A stretch of DNA of 64,000 nucleotides from Planctomycetota bacterium (GCA_021776775.1 JAJFFE010000316.1:617-64616), one strand, 5' to 3'; shown: positions 19,468 to 28,276, counted from the stretch's first letter. Program-made: numbers and translations. The notes: generated from the letters alone by a model not told the origin.

Positions 19468-20243
19468 TCGCCGGGGACGCGGACGCGAACCGCATGCGCG
19501 TGATCGGATTGATTCCGGCTCGGAGCGGATCGAAACGTGTCCCCAACAAGAACGTCCGCCGACTGGGCGAGCACCCGTTGCTCGCCTACACGATCGCGGC
19601 GGCGCAAGCGTCGGAGGTTTTCGACCGTGTGGTCGTCTCGACCGAAGACGAAGCGACCGCCGAGATCGCACGGCACTACGGGGCCGAGGTCCCGTTCCTT
19701 CGCCCGGCTGAGTTGGCCGCGGACTCCTCGACCGACATCGACTGGATCGAGCAGTTCCTGGCCGTGTTGGTCAAGCAGGGAGAGTGTCCCGAGGCGTACT
19801 CCATTCTGCGGCCGACCAGCCCGTTTCGCCTGCCGTCCACCATACACCGAGCGTGGAATGCGTTTCGCGCGGCCGACGGTGTCGACTCGTTGCGCGCGGT
19901 CGAACCGGTCAAGCAGCACCCCGGCAAGATGTGGGTGGTGCGCGGTCAGCGACTGTTGCCGCTGCTCCCCTTCGGCCCCCCTGAGCAACCGTGGCACTCG
20001 AGTCCGACGCAATCGCTGCCGCAGGTGTACGTGCAGAACGCCAGTCTCGAGATTTCGTGGACTCGCCTCGCGCTCGAGCAGCGATCCATCGCCGGAGAAA
20101 CCATCCTTCCCTTCGTGACTGACGAGTGGGAGGGATTCGATATCAACGACCCCGAAGACTTCGAGCGGGCGGAGCGCATCGTCGCGGCCGGTACCGTCGA
20201 GATCCCCGAGATCAACGTCAACGCGTACGATCTCGCGAACTGA
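19464..20243 (+). CDS. Acylneuraminate (CMP-ulosonate) cytidylyltransferase, NeuA-like
   Basis: IPARSGSKRVPNKN, VSTED, RP.ELA.D, RPTSPFR, DIND.EDF; ATGA overlap with the synthase. Confidence 0.92.
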   Translation: MIAGDADANRMRVIGLIPARSGSKRVPNKNVRRLGEHPLLAYTIAAAQASEVFDRVVVSTEDEATAEIARHYGAEVPFLRPAELAADSSTDIDWIEQFLAVLVKQGECPEAYSILRPTSPFRLPSTIHRAWNAFRAADGVDSLRAVEPVKQHPGKMWVVRGQRLLPLLPFGPPEQPWHSSPTQSLPQVYVQNASLEISWTRLALEQRSIAGETILPFVTDEWEGFDINDPEDFERAERIVAAGTVEIPEINVNAYDLAN

Positions 20244-20261
20244 AAACCCAGGAGCGTTCCG

Positions 20262-22157
20262 ATGGCTGAGTTACTGTTTGCCCCGAAGTCCGAGTTCGAT
20301 CGCGTCCTTGCCTCTACTGACAAGCTCGGTCGCGTGCGCGCGTTCTCCGCGCTCGCTCGACTCAATACCATGAGCATGATCAAGCAAGCCGGCTCGGGTC
20401 ACATCGGCACGAGCTTCAGCTGTCTCGAGCTGGTCTCCTGGATTCACCTCGAAGGAATGCGTCGCTGCGACAACCCCGCCGACGGCTTCCGCGACATCGC
20501 GTTCTCGTCGAAGGGGCACGACGCTCCCGCGCTCTACGCCGTCTTGACCGGTCTTGGGTTGCTCGACTTCGATCTCGTGCACAAGCTGCGTCGGATCGAC
20601 GGACTGCCGGGTCACCCGGACGTGTCGACGCCGCACGTCTTGACCAACACCGGATCGCTGGGCATGGGCATTTCGAAAGCGCGCGGCATGTTGCACGCGG
20701 CGCGTCTCGACGGTCGCGACGACCACGCGTTCGTGGTCACCGGTGACGGCGAACTTCAAGAGGGACAGTTCTGGGAGTCACTGCAGCCGACGGTCAACCT
20801 CGGGGTGTCGGACATCACCGTGGTCATCGACCACAACAAGATTCAGTCGGACACCTGGGTCGAGCGGGTGAGCGATCTCGGCGATCTCGAGCGCAAACTC
20901 GAGAGCTACGGTTGGCGGGTCAGCCGCATCGACGGGCACGACGTGACGGCCATCGACGCGGCGCTCTCGGTGCGAGACGATCGGCCCCACATTGTGATCG
21001 CCGACACCATCAAGGGGCATGGCGTTTCGTTCATGCAGTCGACCGAGTTCCCGGACGACGGCAAGTTCTACGGTTATCACTCGGGGGCGCCGTCCGATGA
21101 AGACTACGCCGCCGGTCTCGAAGAGCTACTGGCGACCGCCAACGACGCGTTGTCCGCGATCGGGCTCGATGAGTTGTCGGTCAAGCGCGTGCCGATGCCG
21201 AGCAAGGTCGCGCCGCCGCCCACTGCGCAGAAGCTCGTCGGTGCGTACGGACGCGCACTCGTCGAACAGGCGACCAAGAACAAAGACATTGTCGCCCTCG
21301 ACGCTGACTTGGTGCTCGACACCGGACTCACCGAATTCGTCGAGCGTTTCCCGGACCGCTTCATCGAGTGCGGTATCGCGGAAATGGACATGGTCTCGCA
21401 AGCGGGCGGACTCGCACTTCGCGGCAAGCTGCCGGTGGTGCACTCATTCGCGTGTTTCCTGAGCACCCGTCCCAACGAACAGATCTACAACAACGCGACC
21501 GAACGGACCAAGATCGTCTACGCCGGATCGCTCGCCGGCGTCGTGCCCGGCGGACCGGGCCACTCGCACCAGTGCGTGCGGGACATCGCAGCACTGTCGG
21601 GAACGCCCGGCTTCTTCCTGGTAGAGCCGGCCACGGAAGCGGAGGTCACCAAGGTGGTCGACTTCTGTCTGAACCGCACCGAGGAGAGCTCTTACATTCG
21701 CCTCGTCAGCATCCCGTGCGACGTCCCGTTCTCAGTGCAGGACGTTCCTCTGGTGGAAGGGCAAGGCAGCGCCATTCGTGACGGCGCCGACGCGATCCTC
21801 TTTTCATACGGACCGGTGGCATTGAGCGAAGCGTGGCGTGCCGCGGAGAAGCTCGACGCAATGGGGGTCGCGCTGCGCATCGTCAACCAGCCGTGGCTCG
21901 ACCGCGTCGACAACGAGTGGCTGGCCAAAGAAGTCGGCGGGTACTCGAAGATCGTCACCGTCGATAACCACTACATCGAAGGCGGCCAAGGCAACATGCT
22001 AGCCGCGGCGATCGCTAGCTTCGGTGAGAAGAAGCAAGTGCACCGCATCGGCCTGACCGAGATCCCGGCCTGCGGAACCAACGACGAAGTGTTGAAGCAT
22101 CACCGACTCGATGCAGAGAGCCTGGTCGAAGACATCTTCGCGTTCGTGCGCAGCTAG
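20262..22157 (+). CDS. Fused transketolase-family TPP enzyme
   Basis: SGHIG, SKGH, LPGHP, TGSLGMG, GDGELQEG...N TPP motif, ECGIAE, GPGHSH. Confidence 0.88.
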   Translation: MAELLFAPKSEFDRVLASTDKLGRVRAFSALARLNTMSMIKQAGSGHIGTSFSCLELVSWIHLEGMRRCDNPADGFRDIAFSSKGHDAPALYAVLTGLGLLDFDLVHKLRRIDGLPGHPDVSTPHVLTNTGSLGMGISKARGMLHAARLDGRDDHAFVVTGDGELQEGQFWESLQPTVNLGVSDITVVIDHNKIQSDTWVERVSDLGDLERKLESYGWRVSRIDGHDVTAIDAALSVRDDRPHIVIADTIKGHGVSFMQSTEFPDDGKFYGYHSGAPSDEDYAAGLEELLATANDALSAIGLDELSVKRVPMPSKVAPPPTAQKLVGAYGRALVEQATKNKDIVALDADLVLDTGLTEFVERFPDRFIECGIAEMDMVSQAGGLALRGKLPVVHSFACFLSTRPNEQIYNNATERTKIVYAGSLAGVVPGGPGHSHQCVRDIAALSGTPGFFLVEPATEAEVTKVVDFCLNRTEESSYIRLVSIPCDVPFSVQDVPLVEGQGSAIRDGADAILFSYGPVALSEAWRAAEKLDAMGVALRIVNQPWLDRVDNEWLAKEVGGYSKIVTVDNHYIEGGQGNMLAAAIASFGEKKQVHRIGLTEIPACGTNDEVLKHHRLDAESLVEDIFAFVRS

Positions 22158-22571
22158 TGTGAACGGCGGGCGTCGCGCGACTGGTGGTCGAACCACTGGC
22201 CAGCCCACCCGGCAGTGAGTCGATCTACTATCCCCCGGTGTCAGGGATTGTTGTCGTCATGAATCAAAAGGCCGAAACGCTTCCGACGAGTGCACGCGTA
22301 GCCTAACTCTTTCCCGTGAGGCGGGTCCGGCCCCGGCGGGAGTTGGGTCTCCTGCCTCCGGGGGGATCGATTCGAACAACATTCAGCGGGCGATGGAGTT
22401 GCCGCAGAGTCCTTGAAGAGCTTGAAATGCAAGCCTACGGGCCCCCTACGCAGGGAAGAACACGTCGCGGGAGATCCACGCCTAGCGTCATTTCACAGGA
22501 TTGCCCGTACCAAACCTGTGCGGCTCCGTAGGCTCACCCGATAGTCAAGCTCGGCCGCCAAAGGAGGAGTA

Positions 22572-23348
22572 ATGAAATTCGCTGTTCTTGCAATCGTGAT
22601 CCTTGGTCGAGTCGGTCATGTCACGGGCGCGACACTGTCGGTTCCGACGGACTTCCCGACGATACAATCCGCGATATCTGTCGCAGTGTCAGGCGATACG
22701 ATCGAAGTCGCGTCGGGGACCTATAACGAGACAATCGAACTCGAAGGCAAGGATCTCACGCTCGTCGGCTTGTCCGGGCCCCAAGATACGTGGATTGTTG
22801 GCGACCTAACTTCAACGGTCGTCGCTGCAACTCTCGGAGAGAACTTCGAACTGCGCGGGCTCACAATTGCATACGGAGGCAGTCCCCCCCCCGGTCCAGG
22901 GGGTGGGATTCATATCGTCAGCGGTACCGGCGTTATCGTGGACTGCATCTTCCGAGACAATGTTGCCTGGGAGGGCGGCGCCATCTTCGCGGACGACTCC
23001 GAACTCTATGTCTCTCAAACGGTCTTCGCAAACAACTCGTCTCTTCGAGGTGGTGGGATCTACAGTCTCGGCGGTTCGTTGAATTTAACCCAGTGTGAAT
23101 TCGACAGCAACACGGGCTGGAGCTTTGGCGGGGGCTTGTTCTCGTCTGGAAACGCGGTGGTCGCGGAATGCGTGTTTCGCAACAACGGCTCTGAGTCGGG
23201 AGCTGGTATCAACCTTTGCTGTGGGAGCCCCGGCCCTGTGATTCTTGAACTCTCCAACACAATTTTCGACTCGAACATCGCCGGAATCGGCGGTGCGGTC
23301 TCCCTCGACCAAGCGCAGAGGTCCTGCCCCGGGGTCGTTTTGAGATGA
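22572..23348 (+). CDS. Secreted parallel beta-helix (pectin-lyase-like) repeat protein, probably 3'-truncated
   Basis: AGGAGG SD; signal peptide; VPTDFPTIQSAI...GDTIEV..GTY; F..N.A..GG[AG]I repeats; ends abruptly in non-repeat sequence at a putative element end. Confidence 0.75.
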   Translation: MKFAVLAIVILGRVGHVTGATLSVPTDFPTIQSAISVAVSGDTIEVASGTYNETIELEGKDLTLVGLSGPQDTWIVGDLTSTVVAATLGENFELRGLTIAYGGSPPPGPGGGIHIVSGTGVIVDCIFRDNVAWEGGAIFADDSELYVSQTVFANNSSLRGGGIYSLGGSLNLTQCEFDSNTGWSFGGGLFSSGNAVVAECVFRNNGSESGAGINLCCGSPGPVILELSNTIFDSNIAGIGGAVSLDQAQRSCPGVVLR

Positions 23349-23489
23349 TCGACTCGGACGTTCCTATTCTTCGAGTACCGGCAGTGTGTGAGTTGAGGAT
23401 GCCACCCGTGAGGCGGATGAACGAGTCCAAAACTCGAACTCGAGTCCGCTCTGGGCCCCATCTTGTGTCCACGAGGCGCAGATGGCCAC

Positions 23490-23533
23490 GAGGCTCCCAG
23501 GCGGTGCTCTGTCGAGCACCACTTGGGAGCCTC
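23490..23533. repeat. 20-bp near-perfect palindrome downstream of the transposase
   Basis: GAGGCTCCCA-ggc-GGTGCTC-tgtc-GAGCACC-act-TGGGAGCCTC. Confidence 0.8.
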
Positions 23534-23573
23534 TAGGCTGGCTGAGGCGAAGATTGTCGTCGACATTCGCAGA

Positions 23574-24515
23574 TTACGGGTCGTCGGTCAGTAGCTCACT
23601 CCAGATGCACTCGCCCCAGGGAGTTCGATCGAAGCCGATCCGGAAGTGCATGACCCAAGTACCGACCGGAAAGGTGACGTCCTTCGTGCCAGCACGCACC
23701 TGGTTGAGGACGGAACGGTACCGTTGGTTGCGACGTCGACGCCACTCGAGCATCGAGATGCGCAGTTGCGTATTCTTGCAGGCTACGTGAGGTACTCGCT
23801 CGAAGAGCGGAGGGTCCTGCGTCGGGCTCGCCGTCAGGGATTGACGGAGGATCTTCTTTCGACCAGCGAAACTTTTTCCGGCCGTAGCCATCTCTTCGCA
23901 TTTGTCCTGTTCGCGACGGTTGTGCTCCTCCGACATGCGCTGTCGAAGCTCTTCTTGCGAGCAATCCATTACCTTCGGAATGGCGAAGGTGACGATGACG
24001 TACTCAGGAAGGCCTTCGAAGCTGTAGAAGAGCTGAGGGCGTTTGATCCGCAGCGTCAAGCGTCCCATCTGGCTCGGGAGGATACAGACGCCCGGCCACT
24101 TCTTCGCATGAGAGACGAGTTCGGCCTGCACCGCTTGAAGTGAGATATAGCAGCCGTGGTCAATGACGTCCTCGGCGAACGGGGCGACGAGGACACAGTT
24201 GACTCCTTCAGGGTCGAGGAGGTTGCCTCGTCGACCTCGAATACAGTTCGTCGATCGACTCAAGAGGCTGAAGAAGCGAGTGTTGTACTCCTGAAGTCGA
24301 TCACCTTCGACATCGGTCAGCAAACTGTGACCATGGTTCGACAGAAGAGACGCGAGATGGTGAACGACGCCCGTGGTGCCTTCGGCATAGCCGAGTAGGT
24401 AGAGAAAGTTCTCGTTGATGTCCTCGTCGGGACGAAACCAGTACTGCCCCGTGGTCGTACGGAACGTGAGTTTGTGGATCGAGCCGGGCGGACTGATGAC
24501 GGGTGGGGTAACCAC
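23574..24515 (-). CDS. Y1/HUH (RAYT-like) transposase
   Basis: T.R....YWFRP, HUH-like SNHGH, YISLQAV.AELV....WPG, C-terminal YR...G...FP.GT; AAGGAGG SD 8 nt before GTG 24515. Confidence 0.8.
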   Translation of the reverse strand: MVTPPVISPPGSIHKLTFRTTTGQYWFRPDEDINENFLYLLGYAEGTTGVVHHLASLLSNHGHSLLTDVEGDRLQEYNTRFFSLLSRSTNCIRGRRGNLLDPEGVNCVLVAPFAEDVIDHGCYISLQAVQAELVSHAKKWPGVCILPSQMGRLTLRIKRPQLFYSFEGLPEYVIVTFAIPKVMDCSQEELRQRMSEEHNRREQDKCEEMATAGKSFAGRKKILRQSLTASPTQDPPLFERVPHVACKNTQLRISMLEWRRRRNQRYRSVLNQVRAGTKDVTFPVGTWVMHFRIGFDRTPWGECIWSELLTDDP

Positions 24516-24543
24516 GAGAGACGCCTCCTTGTGAAGGCGCCAT

Positions 24544-24559
24544 TGCATGCGGCGCGCCA
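24544..24559 (-). promoter_or_regulatory. sigma54-type -24/-12 promoter of the transposase
   Basis: Minus strand TGGCGCG-CCGC-ATGCA: GG and GC exactly 10 nt apart (consensus TGGCACG-N4-TTGCW), just upstream of the SD. Confidence 0.55.
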
Positions 24560-24821
24560 GGACCCTCGGAGGCGTTGAGATCTAGCGCAACGCGCGGCGA
24601 TTGGAATGAACGCAGGTGGGAAGAGCGCATGATTCGAGTCTGGACTTCGGTTTAGGCGACTCGATACGGTTCGATCGTCCAATTGCGGACGGGTCAGGTC
24701 GGTGGGACATCGCGCGTACCGGCCACGTGACCTGAGAAGACCCGGGGGCGGGGCTGGCGTAGCCACACCCGCGCAACGAACCGAGTCTCCCCGTTACCGA
24801 GGCTTCGCACGCAGACGGGAC

Positions 24822-25319
24822 CTATAACCACATTCGGTGTAAGCCAGCCGCACGGCGCGCGTCGGCCATTTGACCACGATGCATATACCAGTGGTCGGCA
24901 ACAAACTGTAGGCAGAGGCGATACGTGCCGAACGTATCCTCGAAGCCTTCGGGTGTATTGGCGCTAGCTTCGTCGAGGTCATCCTCGGACAATGAGTCGA
25001 GGCGTGCCGTGGTCCACTCGCGCATCTCGCGACACGCCGAAAGGACTTCGTCGAACGGCGGGTAGTCGGTCGCTTCCCCAGTCGTGTCGGATCCGTCGAA
25101 GACGCTCTTCCACTCCGCTAGCGGATTCGACTCGCCCAGCATGAACTCCCGAATGACGAGCGCTTCGATGTACGCCAAATGTCCGAGCACCCAGATCGTA
25201 TGGCCGCCGCCGTTCGGAGTCGGAAACACCACGCCGTGGTCACGCATGTCCTCGACTTTGGCGAGCACTCGCTCGGTGCTCTTCTTCAAGTTGTCACGTA
25301 TGAGATCAATCGACTGCAT
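24822..25319 (-). CDS. DinB/YfiT family protein
   Basis: W.LGHLAY.E and HWYMHRGQ metal-binding His pattern; GAGG SD. Confidence 0.85.
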   Translation of the reverse strand: MQSIDLIRDNLKKSTERVLAKVEDMRDHGVVFPTPNGGGHTIWVLGHLAYIEALVIREFMLGESNPLAEWKSVFDGSDTTGEATDYPPFDEVLSACREMREWTTARLDSLSEDDLDEASANTPEGFEDTFGTYRLCLQFVADHWYMHRGQMADARRAAGLHRMWL

Positions 25320-25331
25320 GGTTCCTCGGAT

Positions 25332-25958
25332 CTATCCCTCGTCACGTGCGAGTAACTCAGCGATCTTCCGCTTCAGGTTGGTGCGCGCTCGCTCTTCGCA
25401 TCGTTCGCCGAGCAGCTCCGTGTTGTAGATTCGCGTTCGTTCCAAGAAGCTCGTCAGTATTCGTGCGCGCCCGGCCCGGTACTCCGACTCGGGAACCCAA
25501 TGGTACTCGCGCCGGATGGCCGCGTCGTACGTCTCGAACACGTCGGCCGGCGTGCCCAGAATTGCGAGATCGATATCGAGCATGATCTGCGCATCGATAT
25601 CAAGGGCTCGGTGCGCCTTCGTCGCGAGAATCAACGTCGCGACTCGGTCCACGACCTCTGCGGGGGCGCCTACCGACTCGAGGAATCGACGGGCCCAATC
25701 CGCACTACACTCCTCGCTGTCGGACCGTCGGGTGTCGTACACGGCGTCGTGAAACCAGAACGCGACTTCTATCTCGGCTGGCCGCACGGCTGACGCTCGA
25801 AGGGTATCGAGCCGGGACAAGCATTCAGACACGTGCATGTCGGTGTGGTAGTGCCGTTCGGGTGATGTGTACGCGGTCTTCAGGTCGTCGAAGATCTTCG
25901 ACGTCGGCGGCGCACCAATCGTGAGCAGGCTGCGTTCTAGGTTTTCGCGAGTGAACAT
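25332..25958 (-). CDS. Predicted HD-superfamily metal-dependent phosphohydrolase
   Basis: Y..PERHYH...H, WFHDAVYD, ATK.H, DIDLAILG, IRREY. Confidence 0.85.
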   Translation of the reverse strand: MFTRENLERSLLTIGAPPTSKIFDDLKTAYTSPERHYHTDMHVSECLSRLDTLRASAVRPAEIEVAFWFHDAVYDTRRSDSEECSADWARRFLESVGAPAEVVDRVATLILATKAHRALDIDAQIMLDIDLAILGTPADVFETYDAAIRREYHWVPESEYRAGRARILTSFLERTRIYNTELLGERCEERARTNLKRKIAELLARDEG

Positions 25959-26060
25959 TACTGTCCTCGGTTGAGGTCGGCGATCCGGTCGTCGCCGTTC
26001 TTGCAAGCGTAGACGGCATAGTGCGGGATCACTTATCGAGGGCGCCCGCGAAGGGCCGGG

Positions 26061-26261
26061 TCACGTCAGCGTCCAAACCAGCGCTCGGCCGGGCCCTTTG
26101 ACTCGCGCCAGCCCGATGTCGTTCTCGAGTCGCTTGGTCCACGTCGGGCAAGGTCGCTCGTACGGAAGGTCCGCGCGCTCACGGAGTTCGGACCAGGTTA
26201 GCCCGTTTCCGCTGCGTCGAAGCTCGCTTTGGATCGTCGCCTTGAACTCTTCGTATCGCAC
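26061..26261 (-). CDS. Small hypothetical protein (winged-helix-like)
   Basis: GLTWSELRERADLPY..PCPTW.KRLE..IGL.R...LVW; start 26261 (GTG) or 26306. Confidence 0.6.
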   Translation of the reverse strand: MRYEEFKATIQSELRRSGNGLTWSELRERADLPYERPCPTWTKRLENDIGLARVKGPGRALVWTLT

Positions 26262-26578
26262 CAGTCTTCTCTCGGTGGATTCGTCAGGGCGTCCGCCCTG
26301 GTTCATCCCGGGGCAGAGTCGCGTGTTACAGACGACAGATGGTAACCGCGTACGCCGTTCGGAGACAGATTCGAGGGTCGGGTGCGCGCCCCTCGCGGGC
26401 TATCGATTCAGAATCTTGGGAATTTGTGTGGGGTGTGGGGTCGCTGGTGCCACTACGGCGTGAAGGTCGCGGAGACCGGTGACGACGCCCATGCGGCTGC
26501 GACGCCCGTGCGGCCAAGACAATCATGCGGCGACTCCCGCTTCGGCGGCTGGCCGCACCCCGCCATTGGAGGCTGACC

Positions 26579-26866
26579 ATGTCCGATACCAAGATCGTTT
26601 CTGCTACTGCTTCGCCCGTCGCGGCCGCCGTGTTCCTGGCGCTCGCTGCTTTGACCGCGAGCACCATCGACTTTTCCGCCACGACGACGGTCCTAACTCT
26701 CGGCGTGGTCCAGTTCGCGATCTACCTCGGCCTTGCGATCGCAGCGTTCACGCTTCGTCACCGACCCATTGCTACCAAGGGTCATCCGCGTTGGCAACTC
26801 ATCGCCGCGTCCGCGGTAGTCCTCGCGATCACCGCGATTGGAGTCGTCGCCACGTTCAACATGTAG
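26579..26866 (+). CDS. Small membrane protein (3 predicted TM helices)
   Basis: GGAGG SD; three hydrophobic stretches. Confidence 0.65.
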   Translation: MSDTKIVSATASPVAAAVFLALAALTASTIDFSATTTVLTLGVVQFAIYLGLAIAAFTLRHRPIATKGHPRWQLIAASAVVLAITAIGVVATFNM

Positions 26867-26964
26867 CCGTGATGACGAAGAACGAGACGGGCCACATATG
26901 CCCGTCTTCTTCGTCTTGACCTCTGCTACGCGACCGACCGTCCACTAGCCCCGGAGCGGCAACC

Positions 26965-27720
26965 CTAATTTGCGTCACTCGCACTGATTCGAACGCGGCC
27001 GATTAGATCGCCGCGGAAGTCGCGGAACTCGCCGATGAACTCGATGCCGAAGAGCTTCGCCCATCCTACGTTTGGTTGAGTTTTGAGGCGTCGCACCATG
27101 TTCTCGCGAATGGTTGCCTCGATGCGGGTGCGATCGGTTTCGGAGGCGACGATGTTGGCGAGCTCGTAGCGGACGGTGAGCACGCTGCCAGGTCCCGCGG
27201 TCGCTCCGGTCAGGGTTACGTTCTCGTCTATCTTCGTGGGGGCGTTCTCGGTGATCTTCTCTGCCGTACTTTCGAGTCCCCGCACGACGAGAACGTTCAT
27301 CGCTCCGAACGCAAGGAGGCCGAGGACGAGCAAGCTGACGATGGACCACACGACGATCTTGCCGCCTTTGCCTTTCCTCTGGAGCTGTCCCCGCGCCGGA
27401 GCGCGTCGCCCGTGTCCCTGCTGACTTCCGCGCGGTACTGTGCCGCGAGGTGCAGTGCCGCGAGGTGCAGTGCCGCGGCGGGGCAGCTCTCGCCGCGGCC
27501 GAGTCCCAGCCCCCGACTCTGTCGCTGGTTCCGGTAGCGGAGCGGCTTCCGCCGGCGGCGCCCCCGAGATGGCGTGCAGGATGTCGATCGGATCTCCGGT
27601 CTCCGCGTCGTAAACACGCAACGTCTCGGGCAACTTGCCGTTCTCTACAAGTTCTTCGAGCTGTTGCGGAGAGTAGGGGCCGCGGTTGCCAGATTTTGTA
27701 CGAACGACATAGCCGTTCAT
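26965..27720 (-). CDS. GYF_2-like N-terminal domain, TM helix and extracytoplasmic AspS/pilotin-like domain
   Basis: Y.V....NRGPYS..QL..LV..GKL; Pro/Arg linker; TM IVVWSIVSLLVLGLLAFGAM; AAGGAG SD. Confidence 0.7.
   Translation of the reverse strand: MNGYVVRTKSGNRGPYSPQQLEELVENGKLPETLRVYDAETGDPIDILHAISGAPPAEAAPLPEPATESGAGTRPRRELPRRGTAPRGTAPRGTVPRGSQQGHGRRAPARGQLQRKGKGGKIVVWSIVSLLVLGLLAFGAMNVLVVRGLESTAEKITENAPTKIDENVTLTGATAGPGSVLTVRYELANIVASETDRTRIEATIRENMVRRLKTQPNVGWAKLFGIEFIGEFRDFRGDLIGRVRISASDAN
27426..27477. repeat. 15-nt tandem repeat encoding (RGTAP)n
   Basis: gtgccgcgaggtgca x2 plus one partial and one degenerate copy. Confidence 0.85.
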
Positions 27721-27806
27721 GGTGATCTCCTTGATGCGTCTGTCGGTTGTATGGACTCGTCACTGCGAGCCACTCGTGCAATAAAGTCGATTGGCGTCGT
27801 CGGCGA

Positions 27807-28244
27807 TCACTTCGAAGGTGGTTCGACCTCCTCCAGCGGGAGGCGGACGATGCCGATCACGTCTCCCTCCTTGTCGCGAAACTCACCGACGTACGTGATA
27901 CGCAGTTTCTGTTGTCGTTCGAGTTCAGACATCGTGCTGAAGTATCTCACCATCCTCTCCCTCTCGCGCGCTTCGTATACGTCGCGGTCGATTTCGGACG
28001 CGAGGGGATTGGACTCGAGGAATTCGTACACGATGGTTCGGGTCCCGTCCAACCGTGCTCTCATCAGCGTCGGCCCCGCAAAGTTCCGAATCGGCGTTCG
28101 CTCGTTGATCTCGTCGATTCCGGTCTGGAGCCGACTCTTGAACTTTGCGTTGCTCCACCAAAGGAGCCCGCCGCCGACGGCGACCAGTATGAGCACGATT
28201 GCAAGAACAGCGGTCGTCGCCTTGCCCATGGTGCGCTGGTTCAT
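27807..28244 (-). CDS. Membrane-anchored protein paralogous to the C-terminal domain of 26965-27720
   Basis: AGGAG SD; N-terminal TM; shares ASE.DR...EA..RE.MVR and GEFRD..GD.IG.VR with its neighbour. Confidence 0.7.
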   Translation of the reverse strand: MNQRTMGKATTAVLAIVLILVAVGGGLLWWSNAKFKSRLQTGIDEINERTPIRNFAGPTLMRARLDGTRTIVYEFLESNPLASEIDRDVYEARERERMVRYFSTMSELERQQKLRITYVGEFRDKEGDVIGIVRLPLEEVEPPSK

Positions 28245-28276
28245 TTGGAGGCTCCTAGTCTTCGTCGCTCGACGAC

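Larger units (their letters stand above)
23321..24754. mobile_element. Putative RAYT/IS200-like (Y1 HUH) transposase element
   Basis: Encloses the transposase; imperfect terminal inverted repeat (gtcctgccccggggtc 23321-23336 vs reverse complement of 24739-24754, 13/16 match); long hairpin 23490-23533. Confidence 0.5.

Noticed and set aside
20262-22157. Calling the TPP enzyme dxs or housekeeping tkt
   Set aside because: Motifs fit the fused polysaccharide-locus transketolase type; no basis for a specific gene symbol
23345-23536. 63-aa ORF as frameshifted continuation of the beta-helix gene
   Set aside because: No beta-helix repeats; it runs through the palindrome of the element
26579-26866. 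Cytochrome oxidase subunit IV-like assignment for the small membrane protein
   Set aside because: Only loose resemblance and no oxidase operon nearby
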